Assembly (NCBI GenBank): GCA_043819495.1
Contig: JBDRET010000047.1
Location: 20,065-84,064, forward strand
Origin: Candidatus Woesearchaeota archaeon
GTDB taxonomy: Archaea; Nanobdellota; Nanobdellia; Woesearchaeales; UBA11576
Reading direction: 5' to 3'
DNA length: 64,000 nt
Of the stretch, positions 1-9,543 are shown one piece after another; the stretch's first letter is position 1, and the number at the start of each line of letters is the position of its first letter. A model generated the notes under the pieces. The model worked only from the letters and a program-made list of their open reading frames with translations, was not told the origin of the DNA and did no database searches. A program made the position numbers and the translations under genes.

Positions 1-675
1 GTATTGCTCTTTTATGCACTCATACTTACATTGTAAGTATTGATTCACTGTCTCATTCCATAACCAGCTCTGGTAAGAATGCACATACATGATACGTATC
101 TTGAGCGGAAGCTTCTTTAGAGCTCCAATATAGTCATTAGGCAGTTCTTCAAGATGCGAGTTCACGATATCCTCGCCCATGGTTTCACAGGCCTTTTTGA
201 AGTCCTTCTTGAGTATTGCCTCTCCTACTGTCCTGTTATTGGTAGAGAACCTCTGTTCATCATAATAGTTGATGAACTGCGACACCTCAGAAGGTGCTTT
301 GTCACAGTCACGCACGATTATCTCAAAGTCATTGCCGTCGAGATTTCCAAGGTTGATGGTTTTTTTCCCTCTTCCGATGTATTCGAGACGCATGCCCTCA
401 GAGTCAAATCTCTCGAATCGGTCAGCACCTATATGATTTCCTGGATCCCGTATCGATATTGCCTGTTTTGTCATAGCATGCTTGTCTTTGTTGCCTGCAA
501 AGCCGATATCCTTGGTCTTGCATCTTAGGAATCCGCTGATCTTCTCTAGTGCCCTGATCGTTGTGTACTGCCGTTTGTGCAGCCAGAAGTATGCGTACTC
601 TCCAGACTCGTCTAATTCGAGCGCTATACGCTCTGTGACCACGAAATCCTCAGGTTTGTCCTTTATTGTGTACAT
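1..675 (-). CDS. truD: tRNA pseudouridine synthase TruD/Pus7 family, N-terminal part (gene runs off the left edge)
   Basis: Absent from the ORF track because it has no stop in the window. My translation of the minus strand from the ATG at 675-673 gives MYTIKDKPEDFVVTE...IGFAGNKDKHAMTKQAISI...INYYDEQRFS. GFAGxKDKxAxTxQ and NYxxxQRF are TruD hallmarks. Confidence 0.8.
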   Translation of the reverse strand, partial: MYTIKDKPEDFVVTERIALELDESGEYAYFWLHKRQYTTIRALEKISGFLRCKTKDIGFAGNKDKHAMTKQAISIRDPGNHIGADRFERFDSEGMRLEYIGRGKKTINLGNLDGNDFEIIVRDCDKAPSEVSQFINYYDEQRFSTNNRTVGEAILKKDFKKACETMGEDIVNSHLEELPNDYIGALKKLPLKIRIMYVHSYQSWLWNETVNQYLQCKYECIKEQY

Positions 676-696
676 ACGTATTTTTGCACCAGAAAG

Positions 697-710
697 CCTT
701 ATAAATATTT
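697..710. promoter_or_regulatory. Shared TATA-like element (CCTTATAAATATTT) between divergent truD and tRNA-Arg
   Basis: AT-rich near-palindromic TATA box centred about 27 nt from the truD ATG (675) and about 26 nt from tRNA-Arg position +1 (730). Confidence 0.45.
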
Positions 711-729
711 TCAATTTCCTCAAGAGCAT

Positions 730-943
730 GCACCCGTAGCGCAGCCTGGATACTTACGCCAGCATATAACTGCGTGGCCAAACAGCGCGAAACTCTTTAG
801 GGAACTATTGAGTGTGCAGCTGCCTCCTATTTCAAAGCAGGGCTTTGTAATCCTTCAAAAGCTCCGCTTTAGAAGTAAGCAGTAGGTCGGGAGTTCGAAA
901 TGCGAGCGACAATGGCGTTTGCACAAAATTCTCCCCGGGTGCG
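730..943 (+). tRNA. tRNA-Arg(CCU) interrupted by three putative introns (about 753-813, 830-877, 900-929)
   Basis: Hand-folded cloverleaf. Acceptor GCACCCG (730-736) pairs with CGGGTGC (936-942), discriminator G. D-stem GCGC (739-742) pairs with GTGC (814-817); D-loop AGCCTGGATA. Anticodon stem GCTGC (819-823) pairs with GCAGT (879-883); loop CTCCTA..A. Variable AGGTC. T-stem GGGAG (889-893) pairs with CTCCC (931-935); T-loop TTCGAA..T. The exons sum to 75 nt. Confidence 0.6.
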
Positions 944-963
944 TTTATTTTCATATATCCACC

Positions 964-2064
964 ATGAAACTGATCCATCTCTCTGAAGCATTGCGGATGT
1001 TCAAGCGTGCACGGAGAGTCAGCAAGCATGGCATCAGAAGATACTCTGGTTCTGAAGAAGAAATCTCAAGAGATATAATCCGTTCTTGTTGGAATAAGAA
1101 AGAGAAACACTTTCAGGTAAGCTCAGGGCACTTCACTGAGTTCTACTGCAGGGATTTTGGCATGTGTGCGGAAGCTCTTGTCAAGCTCGGCTACAGGAAG
1201 CAGGTCATACAGACATTGGACTATGCGCTCAGCAAATTCAAGAAGCACGGACGCATCACAACAAGCATCTCACCGCAAGGAAAATGCTTTGACTTCCCTT
1301 ACTATGGTGCTGATTCTCTGCCATTCATCGTCCATGCGTTGAAAGTTGCAAAGGCCAATCAATTAAATGAACAATATGATAGTTTTCTGACTAAAGAGAT
1401 TAAATTCTACTACGAGAAAGTCTTCGACAAAAAAACTCATCTCATAAGGCAGGACAAACACTTCTCATCCATGAAGGATTACGCAAAGCGAAGCTCTTCC
1501 TGCTACTCCAACTGCATGCTTTTCATGCTCGCAGATGACCTCGACTCTTTGAAGTTGAAGAATCCTTTCCCGAAGGGCAGGATTCAAAAGGAGATATTGA
1601 TTGCTTTTTGGAACGGTGATTACTTCTACGACGATACTTCTTTCACCAAGATAGTCACAGGTGACGCAAACACTTACCCGTTCTGGTGCGGTGTCACGAA
1701 TTCAGAGAAGGTGTTTGACCTCTGCATGAAGTCGATAGAGAAAGCAGGCCTCACAAGACCGTTTCCTCTGAAATATTCATCATCACCAGAGAAGGTGCAT
1801 AAGATGCATTTCCTTGAGGCATTCTCCGGAGGATATGAACGGGATTCGATCTGGATGCATCTTGGGCTCTGCTTCCTTGATGTAGTCAAGCGCTTTGACA
1901 GGAAGAGATTCGACACATACATGAAACAATATACTACTCTTATCAGAAAACACGGGAACTTCTTGGAAGTGTACGACGCTAATGGTCTCCCATTCCATAC
2001 TCCGTTCTACTTCACAGATGAGTCGATGAGTTGGGTGTCTAAGTATCTTGCTCTGAAGGACTAG
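964..2064 (+). CDS. Glycoside hydrolase-like (alpha/alpha)6-barrel protein (GDE_C/GH63-like), tentative
   Basis: ORF track 919..2064. The TTG at 919 lies inside the tRNA-Arg gene, so the first ATG (964) is preferred. Motifs: CRDFGMCAEALVKLG and DSIWMHLG. Confidence 0.45.
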   Translation: MKLIHLSEALRMFKRARRVSKHGIRRYSGSEEEISRDIIRSCWNKKEKHFQVSSGHFTEFYCRDFGMCAEALVKLGYRKQVIQTLDYALSKFKKHGRITTSISPQGKCFDFPYYGADSLPFIVHALKVAKANQLNEQYDSFLTKEIKFYYEKVFDKKTHLIRQDKHFSSMKDYAKRSSSCYSNCMLFMLADDLDSLKLKNPFPKGRIQKEILIAFWNGDYFYDDTSFTKIVTGDANTYPFWCGVTNSEKVFDLCMKSIEKAGLTRPFPLKYSSSPEKVHKMHFLEAFSGGYERDSIWMHLGLCFLDVVKRFDRKRFDTYMKQYTTLIRKHGNFLEVYDANGLPFHTPFYFTDESMSWVSKYLALKD

Positions 2065-2604
2065 TCATACTTGCGTTTCCTTCTCTGCCATGTGCACTCT
2101 GCCGCCTTGCCACTGTCCTTTGTATTTTGAGGTCTCCCCTTCTATCCTCACGAAGAATATGTGTATTGCTCTTGCGCCCATCTCGACTGTTATGTTTGAC
2201 TTTCCAGCGTTGTAGATGGGGAATATTATCCCCCCTTCATACCCTGGTCCCAACATGCCTGACACGAGCTTCACTCCTGAGCGCCAGTATGTGCTGCGCA
2301 GGAAATATATCCCGAATAGGTCTTTCGGTATCTTAACTTTCTCGATTGTCTTGCCGATGTAATAATCCCCTGGCTTAAGCAGGATAGAGCTTCTCTTATC
2401 ATTATCGAATTTAGCGATGACTTTCGCATCCGGCGTCTTCCTCTCATCAATGCCTATGAATGCATCACCTTCAAGAGCATGTACTTCCCCTAACCTGAGG
2501 TCATATCCTGAATATTCAGGGTTATTCCGTTCTCTTTCACAGAGGTCTTTGACAAGACCTTGCTCTTCGACAAGTCTTTTGATTATGTCTAGTCCTTGTA
2601 TCAT
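2065..2604 (-). CDS. dcd: dCTP deaminase / dUTPase family protein
   Basis: 179 aa. GYDLRLGEV, then PGYEGGIIFPIYNAG, typical of the dCTP deaminase beta-barrel family. Confidence 0.75.
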   Translation of the reverse strand: MIQGLDIIKRLVEEQGLVKDLCERERNNPEYSGYDLRLGEVHALEGDAFIGIDERKTPDAKVIAKFDNDKRSSILLKPGDYYIGKTIEKVKIPKDLFGIYFLRSTYWRSGVKLVSGMLGPGYEGGIIFPIYNAGKSNITVEMGARAIHIFFVRIEGETSKYKGQWQGGRVHMAEKETQV

Positions 2605-2610
2605 GATCCA

Positions 2611-4464
2611 TCACTGATTCAGCTTCTTCAACATTTCCATTATCTTCCTGCCTTCTGCTCTTCCTTTAAGCGCGCCCATGACCTTTCCTATCAATATCTT
2701 GAACTCTATCACGCCGCTCTGTTTGACTATCTTCTTAATCTCTGCCTCAAGCTCTACATCACTCAAAGGCGCATATTTGGAATAATCAACAGGATCACCT
2801 CTGCAGATAGTCAATAATATCTCTTCTACACTATCTTTCGTCAATTTTCCTGTATCAAGCAACCCAAATATCTTCTCGAAATGTGCATCTGAAAGCGCAG
2901 ACACATCGACATTGTACTGTCTCTTGAGATTCTTAGGAGCAGATATCATTGTCTCTGCGATGAATGCTGGCTTGACATTGCCAAACCGTTCAGTGAAGTC
3001 CTCAAACACCTCATGCTTGCCTGACTTGGATAGGTCCCGTGCAAGATCCTCTGCCAGATTATGTTTCTCTTTGAACCTGTCTTTCTTCTCAGTCAACAGT
3101 TCAGGCAATTCAATCCCGGAAACATCAGGTCTTATCGGTGGTATGTCAGTCTCAGGGTACATGCGAGCTGCCCCAGGCATCGGCCGCATGTATGACGTTG
3201 TCCCGTCCTGATTTGCTTTGCGTACCTCTCGTGGAACGCCAGAAAGGCAAAGTCGCGCTCTTTCTATGACATGTCCCATGGCAGTCTCTCCCTGTGCCTT
3301 GCCTGATACTATGATTGCGAATCCTTCATCCACTACACCGAGCTTCTTTTTGAGCCCTTGCAATTCAGCACTGCTGAACTTGTACTTCGCAAGGTCCTCA
3401 TCCGAGTGGATTATCCCTCCGATGCCTGCCTTGACTTTTCCATAATCAGAAAGTTCTGTGCCGAGTCTCTTCCCTGGTTGTGTCTCTTTGCCGAGCAATC
3501 CTGCAAATCCGGGTAATGTGAATGCGAGTGCGATATCCCCTTTCTTGATTGCAGCATTGACGAATTTACATTCGCTGTCTTTGAATATCTCTGAGACATC
3601 TGCTGACTTTGATCTATCCAATGCAGGTTTTCTTTTCTCAAGCTCTGCTTTCACAGCAACAAGAGCAAGCTGTCTCCTTGCTTCATTCTCGACAAGCGTA
3701 GGGATCATCTTGAGGTCTTGAGCTCCTTTTATCTCAATTCGCGTACCACCAACTACAGATACATTGACATCCTGCCTTATTGTGCCCAACCCGCGAGCAA
3801 CTTTTCCTGTAGAACGGAGTATCATCCCTATCTTCTCTGCTGCTGCCTTGCATTCTTCTGGAGAATTGATGTCAGGATCAGTCCCTATCTCGATCAATGG
3901 AGTTCCTAACCTATCCAATCGGTACACTACATATCGTCGTCCATCTGCATCGACCCCTTTCTCCATGTCTTTTGCAGCGTCCTCTTCTATGGATATCGTT
4001 GGCACTCCTATCTTCTTCCCTGCAACATCAATCCATCCACCGACTGCGACAAGGGCAGTCCTTTGGAATCCTGATGTATTGGAGCCATTGACCACTGTCT
4101 TTCGCATCACCTGCACCTGGTCCACGATGTCTGCATTCAGCATCTTTGAGACCTGAAGTACAGTGCGCAGTGCCTCTTCATTCATCGGGTGTGGTGGTTC
4201 TTCATCTAATTCCACCAGACAGGTGGTGTCAGAATAAGCTTCATATATGTAATATTCCTGCTTTCCCATCTCGTGCTTTGCAGCGACATCTATTGTTCCG
4301 GTCTCACCTGCAACAGCGCGTAACTCGCGACGTATTTTGATATCTGGCGCATCATCTCTCAATGATGAGGGGCAGTCACAGAATAGCTTACTTGTATCGA
4401 GCCTCTGGTGTATCTCGATGCCGCATTTGAGTCCTATCTTGGAATAGTCAAGCTTGTCTGTCAT
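2611..4464 (-). CDS. gatE: Glutamyl-tRNA(Gln) amidotransferase subunit E
   Basis: 617 aa. N-terminus GLKCGIEIHQRLDTSKLFCDCPS. Archaea-specific GatE, adjacent to gatD. Confidence 0.92.
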   Translation of the reverse strand: MTDKLDYSKIGLKCGIEIHQRLDTSKLFCDCPSSLRDDAPDIKIRRELRAVAGETGTIDVAAKHEMGKQEYYIYEAYSDTTCLVELDEEPPHPMNEEALRTVLQVSKMLNADIVDQVQVMRKTVVNGSNTSGFQRTALVAVGGWIDVAGKKIGVPTISIEEDAAKDMEKGVDADGRRYVVYRLDRLGTPLIEIGTDPDINSPEECKAAAEKIGMILRSTGKVARGLGTIRQDVNVSVVGGTRIEIKGAQDLKMIPTLVENEARRQLALVAVKAELEKRKPALDRSKSADVSEIFKDSECKFVNAAIKKGDIALAFTLPGFAGLLGKETQPGKRLGTELSDYGKVKAGIGGIIHSDEDLAKYKFSSAELQGLKKKLGVVDEGFAIIVSGKAQGETAMGHVIERARLCLSGVPREVRKANQDGTTSYMRPMPGAARMYPETDIPPIRPDVSGIELPELLTEKKDRFKEKHNLAEDLARDLSKSGKHEVFEDFTERFGNVKPAFIAETMISAPKNLKRQYNVDVSALSDAHFEKIFGLLDTGKLTKDSVEEILLTICRGDPVDYSKYAPLSDVELEAEIKKIVKQSGVIEFKILIGKVMGALKGRAEGRKIMEMLKKLNQ

Positions 4465-4465
4465 T

Positions 4466-5755
4466 TTATTCTAGAAAATCATCTGGCGGAAGCTGCTTGT
4501 TTATCTCGCCGCGTAGGTCAGTGCCAATCAGCTTCTTTGCATCTTTTCCATTGCCAAGGAGCCATGCGAGCTTTACGAGCGCAGTCTCTGCAAGCATATC
4601 TTCACCACTTATCACGCCAAGCTTCTGCAGGTCGCGTCCTTTGTCATATACGTTCATCTGTACCCTGCCAAACACGCAGTTGGTAGTCATCACCACGACG
4701 CAACCAGAGTCAACAACTGCTTTGATCGCTTCATATATCCCCTTGTTGCCTTTTGCATTCTCATCAGGGACCTGTCCAGGTGTATGGCCAAGACCAGTGC
4801 CTTCAATCACAAGACCCTTGTATCCTTTGAAAAGCAGGAACTGTTCAGGGAACATGTTTGCGTGTATTTTGATAAGTCCTATTTTCTCTTCAAAAACAGG
4901 CTTGACAGAGATATCTTTTACATCTCCTTTCTTTGCATGATCTTTCTTCAGGAATTCTATCTTCTTTGTCTTGTAGTCGACATGTGCTATTGCAATATCA
5001 TTGACTGGCTTGAAAGCATCCCTTCGTGAGCTATGCAGTTTCTTTGTCTTGCACGCAGGCAACACAACACATCTCTCATCTGATGTCCAGTCATGCATGC
5101 ATATCGCGACCCCTGCAAAGTCTGATTTCGTGATAAACTCTGCTGCGCATATGAGATTCATTGCAGCATCACTCGACCCGCGGTCAGAACTCCTTTGCGC
5201 CCCGACAAAGATCACAGGGACAGGACATTTCTCAATTGCAAACGCTACTGCAGCAGCAGCTACAGCAAGGTTATCTGTGCCTATGCCCACAATCACTCCT
5301 TCAGCGCCTTTCTTCACTTCCGCATCTACCGCTTCTGCTATCGCTGTGAAGTGCTTGAACCTGAGGTCATCTGACCACATGTTTGATACTAATCTTGAAT
5401 CGAAGTTGGCTATCTCGCCGAGTTCAGGGAACATCCCGAGGAGGTCCTCTGGATTGAATGAGCTGTATACTCCGCCTGTCCTGTAATCGACCTTTGATGC
5501 GATGGTCCCGCCTGTATGGAGTATCGATATCTTCAAAAGGCCTTTCTTTTGCGCCCCTGTCGTAGAATACTTGATCTCGATGTCTTTTCCCTGCTCAACA
5601 ACTTCAATCTTTGTTATCCTGCTGTTATCTATGCCGACATTGTATCCGTTCTCGAGTTTCAGGACTGTGACATCTTCTTTCTTGTCTATGAGAATTCCTT
5701 TGTACTCGCGGTCTTTACAGACCACTCTGACCTTATCACCTGCTTTTTCCGTCAT
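4466..5755 (-). CDS. gatD: Glutamyl-tRNA(Gln) amidotransferase subunit D (asparaginase-like)
   Basis: 429 aa. HTGGTIAS asparaginase motif. One-nt spacer to gatE. Confidence 0.92.
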   Translation of the reverse strand: MTEKAGDKVRVVCKDREYKGILIDKKEDVTVLKLENGYNVGIDNSRITKIEVVEQGKDIEIKYSTTGAQKKGLLKISILHTGGTIASKVDYRTGGVYSSFNPEDLLGMFPELGEIANFDSRLVSNMWSDDLRFKHFTAIAEAVDAEVKKGAEGVIVGIGTDNLAVAAAAVAFAIEKCPVPVIFVGAQRSSDRGSSDAAMNLICAAEFITKSDFAGVAICMHDWTSDERCVVLPACKTKKLHSSRRDAFKPVNDIAIAHVDYKTKKIEFLKKDHAKKGDVKDISVKPVFEEKIGLIKIHANMFPEQFLLFKGYKGLVIEGTGLGHTPGQVPDENAKGNKGIYEAIKAVVDSGCVVVMTTNCVFGRVQMNVYDKGRDLQKLGVISGEDMLAETALVKLAWLLGNGKDAKKLIGTDLRGEINKQLPPDDFLE

Positions 5756-5773
5756 GGTATCAACTCTTTTTGT

Positions 5774-8053
5774 TCACATGAAGTAACTGGGCCTGGAATC
5801 TTTCATCTCATTGCCCCTTGCTTTTGTGAACTGTTCTTTCAGTGATTTATATGAATCTTCTATCTCTTTTGTTATGGACGGCCGTACCCTTTCAAATGCT
5901 TTATCAAAGTCTTTCTTTGTGACTTCTTTTGCATCCATGTTCTTCCTTAGGGCTACGATTGCTGCTTCCCTGCATATGCTTTCTATGTCCGCACCAGCAT
6001 ACCCTTCTGTCTTCTTTGCGAGCTCTTTGATGTCGACATCTGGTGCCAGTGGCATATTTTTTGAATGTATCATGAATATCTTCTCGCGTGATGCCTCTCC
6101 AGGAGAGCCGACCATTATTATCCTGTCAAACCTTCCCGGCCTGAGTAGTGCTGTATCGACTATATCTGGCCTGTTGGTCGCTCCGATGATCACGACATTG
6201 TGCAGCTCTTCAAGACCGTCGATCTCAGTCAATAGTTGGTTCACGACCCTCTCACTTACCCTGTTGTCTCCGCTTGCCCCTCTTCTTGGTGCGAGCGCAT
6301 CTATCTCGTCGAAGAATATGATCGATGGTGATGTCTGTCTTGCTTTCTGGAATATCTTCCTGACTGCTTTCTCTGACTCGCCCACCCATTTTGATAATAG
6401 TTCAGGTCCTTTCACGAGTATGAAGTTTGATTCGGACTCATTGGCGACTGCTTTTGCAAGGAGTGTCTTTCCTGTGCCTGGTGGTCCGTACATGAGTATC
6501 CCTTTTGGTGGTGTCACTCCCATCCTGATGAACACTTCAGGGTGTTTGAGCGGCCACTCTACTGCTTCTCCAAGATCCTGTTTGACGTCTTCAAGTCCGC
6601 CTACATCATCCCAGCTGATGTTCGGTATCTCTACAAGTACTTCTCTCATGGCACTTGGCCTGACGACCTTGAGCGCTTCCCAGAAATCTTTCTGTGATAT
6701 CCTGAGTTTCTCAAGTGTTTCTTTTGGTATCGCTTCCTCTTTCTCAAGCTGGAGTTCTGGAAGGACTTTCCGTAGTACTATCATCGCTGCCTCTTTTGCA
6801 AGGGATGAGAGGTCTGCACCTACAAATCCGTGAGTGACTGCTGCGAGTTCCTTGAGTTCGACATCTTCTGTCATCGGCATGTTCCTTGTGTGGATCTTGA
6901 GTATGTCGAGGCGTCCTGCCTTGTCCGGGACTCCTATCTCTATCTCCCGATCAAACCTTCCGCCTCTTCTGAGTGCAGGGTCAAGTAGGTGCGGTACATT
7001 TGATGCTGCTATGACGACGACTCTTCCACGTGACTGCAGGCCGTCCATGAGTGCGAGCATCTGGGCGACAACCCTCTTCTCGACCTCGCCTTTGGTCTCC
7101 TCTCTCTTTGTGGCTATTGCGTCTATCTCGTCTATGAATATGATGCTTGGTGCGCTCTTCTCTGCTTCCTCGAATTTCTTCCTGAGGTTCTCTTCGCTCT
7201 GGCCATAGTATTTCGACATTATCTCTGGGCCGTTGATCAGGAAGAAGTTGGAATTGGTCTCATTGGCGACTGCTTTTGCAAGGAGTGTCTTTCCTGTGCC
7301 TGGTGGTCCATGCAGCAGGACTCCTTTTGGTGCATCGATGCCCAGTCTCTCGAATATCTCTGGATGCTTGAGCGGGAGCTCTACCATCTCCCTGACTTTC
7401 TTTATCTCATCCCGCAGTCCGCCGATGTCTTCATAAGTGACTTCGAATGTCTTCTCTTCCTCTTCCTTGAGCTCAGATGCTTCAGGATTGAAGACTACTT
7501 CTGTCGTGTTTGATATCAGGACTGCTTCCTTTGGGGTGGTGTCTGCGACAACGAACTTTATGTCGCCGAGGCCAAAACCCATCATGCTTTCATCAAGTAT
7601 TGAGAATATGTCTTCGAATGGGCTCTCGCTCATCGTCCTTCTGCGCCTTTTTGTTCCGCCCAGGGATACGATATCTCCCTTGACGACTGCTCTCCCTAGA
7701 AGTCCTTGCTGGAAAAGCTCTGGTGGCGCCCGTATCATTATCCCTTTTCTTGCAGGTGCGACAATGACTTTCTTTGCAGGTTTTACCTCTGCTTTCCTGA
7801 CCTTGACGATCTCGCCTATGCCTGTCTTGGCATTCCTTCTTATGATGCCGTCCATCCGTATTATGTTGAGGCCTATATCTCCAGGGTATGCCCTGTCGAC
7901 TATGCCGACAGTCTTCCTTTCGCCCTCTATCTCGACGATGTCTCCGCTCCTGACCCCTATCTGGTGCATCAGGCCGGAATCTATCCTGACTATGCCTTTA
8001 TTGACATCGTCCTGGATGGCTTCTGCGACTTTCAGGCTTATCTCGGATGTCAT
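5774..8053 (-). CDS. cdc48: Cdc48/VCP-type AAA+ ATPase (two AAA domains)
   Basis: 759 aa. Two [17 protein letters not shown] Walker A motifs, two DEID Walker B motifs, N-terminal double-psi-barrel-like region. Confidence 0.93.
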   Translation of the reverse strand: MTSEISLKVAEAIQDDVNKGIVRIDSGLMHQIGVRSGDIVEIEGERKTVGIVDRAYPGDIGLNIIRMDGIIRRNAKTGIGEIVKVRKAEVKPAKKVIVAPARKGIMIRAPPELFQQGLLGRAVVKGDIVSLGGTKRRRRTMSESPFEDIFSILDESMMGFGLGDIKFVVADTTPKEAVLISNTTEVVFNPEASELKEEEEKTFEVTYEDIGGLRDEIKKVREMVELPLKHPEIFERLGIDAPKGVLLHGPPGTGKTLLAKAVANETNSNFFLINGPEIMSKYYGQSEENLRKKFEEAEKSAPSIIFIDEIDAIATKREETKGEVEKRVVAQMLALMDGLQSRGRVVVIAASNVPHLLDPALRRGGRFDREIEIGVPDKAGRLDILKIHTRNMPMTEDVELKELAAVTHGFVGADLSSLAKEAAMIVLRKVLPELQLEKEEAIPKETLEKLRISQKDFWEALKVVRPSAMREVLVEIPNISWDDVGGLEDVKQDLGEAVEWPLKHPEVFIRMGVTPPKGILMYGPPGTGKTLLAKAVANESESNFILVKGPELLSKWVGESEKAVRKIFQKARQTSPSIIFFDEIDALAPRRGASGDNRVSERVVNQLLTEIDGLEELHNVVIIGATNRPDIVDTALLRPGRFDRIIMVGSPGEASREKIFMIHSKNMPLAPDVDIKELAKKTEGYAGADIESICREAAIVALRKNMDAKEVTKKDFDKAFERVRPSITKEIEDSYKSLKEQFTKARGNEMKDSRPSYFM

Positions 8054-8096
8054 GTTTCTCCTGTTGTATCAAAGAAATGATTTAGTATTATGCAGT

Positions 8097-8582
8097 TCAG
8101 TTCTTGAGGTTTTTCTGTTCCTCTTTCTTTCCGTCCTTCTTTGCGCCAGGCATTTCCTTTGGTCCTTGTGCTATGGTGACCTTTGGCATCGGCACTGGAG
8201 GTGGAAGGTTGACTGTGTTGCTCAGGAGTATCGATTGTATGTTGCTCTTGGTCAATATGGCGTTGATGATCTTCTCAGCCACGTCCTTCTTTATCTTCTT
8301 CTCCTTCTCCCATCCTGTGAGGATCTCTTTTGCGTTCTTCTCATCTGTGAGGAAGGTTATGGTTCCGCCAAGCTCGATCTTTGCAAAGTCAGGTTCATAT
8401 ATTGACCTGTATTCGAACAGGAATTTTATTGCGGTCTGCTTTGTGGCACCGAGGTTAAGGTCGCTCTTCCTGATATCTACAAGCGCCACATTATTGCTTA
8501 TATTGATCTTGCCTTTAGCGACATCTTTTCTTTGCACATTGATCTTTGTGAATTCAAATCCCACGATTGCCATTACCATCAC
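8097..8582 (-). CDS. Hypothetical protein with Lys-rich C-terminus
   Basis: 161-aa ORF with coherent composition. No recognisable motif. Confidence 0.45.
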   Translation of the reverse strand: MMVMAIVGFEFTKINVQRKDVAKGKINISNNVALVDIRKSDLNLGATKQTAIKFLFEYRSIYEPDFAKIELGGTITFLTDEKNAKEILTGWEKEKKIKKDVAEKIINAILTKSNIQSILLSNTVNLPPPVPMPKVTIAQGPKEMPGAKKDGKKEEQKNLKN

Positions 8583-8799
8583 CTTTCATGTGTATTTATG
8601 TTGTTTCCTGTCTCTGCTTCTTTTTTTTCCCGGCTCTTATCTGCCAGATTCCCGGGGTTTAGACCGGTTTTTCCTGAACCTATGTTATTTTGCAGTTTTT
8701 TATAAATGTTGTTGTTAGCCCTTTTTAAATGAAACCTGTTTAAAAGTTAACTTTAAATAGGGTGCTTTGCCCTATGATATTGTAGTTTAGCAGGTTAAG

Positions 8800-9330
8800 A
8801 TGGGCGATATAGTAGACTTAAGGAGATACTTGAAAAAAGGTCGGTTCAATACTGCTACAGAGGGTGCTAAAGCTAATGTATTCTATATTGATGATGCATT
8901 TAAGGATAAGAAGCAGAAGATAATCTCTGCTTTGGAGAAGAAGATTGATGGGACTTCTGCATTGGTATATACTCCACACCCTCCTGGTGCGTGTGAGGCA
9001 GTGTACGGTTCTCCGCTTGATATAGCAGCCATGGCAAGATGGCATTATGATGAGCACCGTTACAGCGAATCTATGCAGTGTGTTGACTGCCTGATTGAGT
9101 CAGGCCCGCAGGAGAAGAATGAGCTTATCGCACTCTTTGACCTGGTCCAGAGATTATACGGGGAGAATCGTGTCCAGCTGAACGCTGTCGGTTATCTTAT
9201 CAAGGTCTGTTCTGTTAGGTATGAAGATGATGTGATGATGCAGAAGCGTCTTGCGGATATCAGGAGAGTGTTCCGTCCTTTCATGACACGGAGCATCCAT
9301 CTGGTCCGCGATGACTGGCAGAAGCATTGA
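8800..9330 (+). CDS. Hypothetical protein
   Basis: 176-aa ORF with TATA-like tracts upstream. No recognisable motif. Confidence 0.45.
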   Translation: MGDIVDLRRYLKKGRFNTATEGAKANVFYIDDAFKDKKQKIISALEKKIDGTSALVYTPHPPGACEAVYGSPLDIAAMARWHYDEHRYSESMQCVDCLIESGPQEKNELIALFDLVQRLYGENRVQLNAVGYLIKVCSVRYEDDVMMQKRLADIRRVFRPFMTRSIHLVRDDWQKH

Positions 9331-9360
9331 GTTATTTTCTATATTTTTCTTATCTTAGCA

Positions 9361-9468
9361 CTTGTGCCGATGCCACCTAGCGAGCATATATGATAGAAGC
9401 GATAACATATGCAGTAGGGCGTAATGAATCAAATTGATTGATCCTTGCGAGCGTGGCATTGGCACAAG
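9361..9468 (+). ncRNA. tRNA-like structured RNA, family copy A (three-way junction)
   Basis: 15-bp closing helix CTTGTGCCGATGCCA / TGGCATTGGCACAAG. Junction strands CCTAGCGAGC (9376-9385), GCAGTAGGGC (9411-9420) and TTGCGAGCG. Inner hairpin GCATAT/ATATGC. AT-rich TATA-like tract 13-30 nt upstream. Strand inferred from the upstream TATA-like tract and homology to the tRNA-Arg gene. Confidence 0.55.
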
Positions 9469-9543
9469 CTCGCAAGGTTGTATTGACGCAGGGGATGCTT
9501 CCTGACCATTAACCTTTTAAATCTCAACCCTTCTCTTGACTGT

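Noticed and set aside
919-963. Upstream extension (TTG start) of the glycoside-hydrolase-like ORF.
   Set aside because: It lies inside the T-loop intron and 3' exon of the tRNA-Arg gene. The first ATG (964) follows the tRNA.
5811-8405. Long plus-strand ORFs (5811..6833, 6834..7208, 7437..8405) antisense to cdc48, and similar ORFs antisense to smc (27657-30269, 31491-32186) and gatE/gatD.
   Set aside because: They are Ser/Leu/Phe-rich low-complexity shadow frames of strongly supported genes. They have no motifs and no ribosome-binding sites.
9361-9468. 5S rRNA interpretation of RNA copies A/B (and C). They are about 110 nt, form a three-way junction, and carry CCUAGCG, AUGCGAG, AGUAGGG and GAUAAGC-like strings.
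   Set aside because: The arm corresponding to helices II/III is a simple 6-bp hairpin, and no CCGAAC...GAAGUUAAGC loop C is present. The AGUAGGG block is in the wrong position. Two copies only about half identical would be odd for 5S genes. The idea remains testable with cmscan but is not called.
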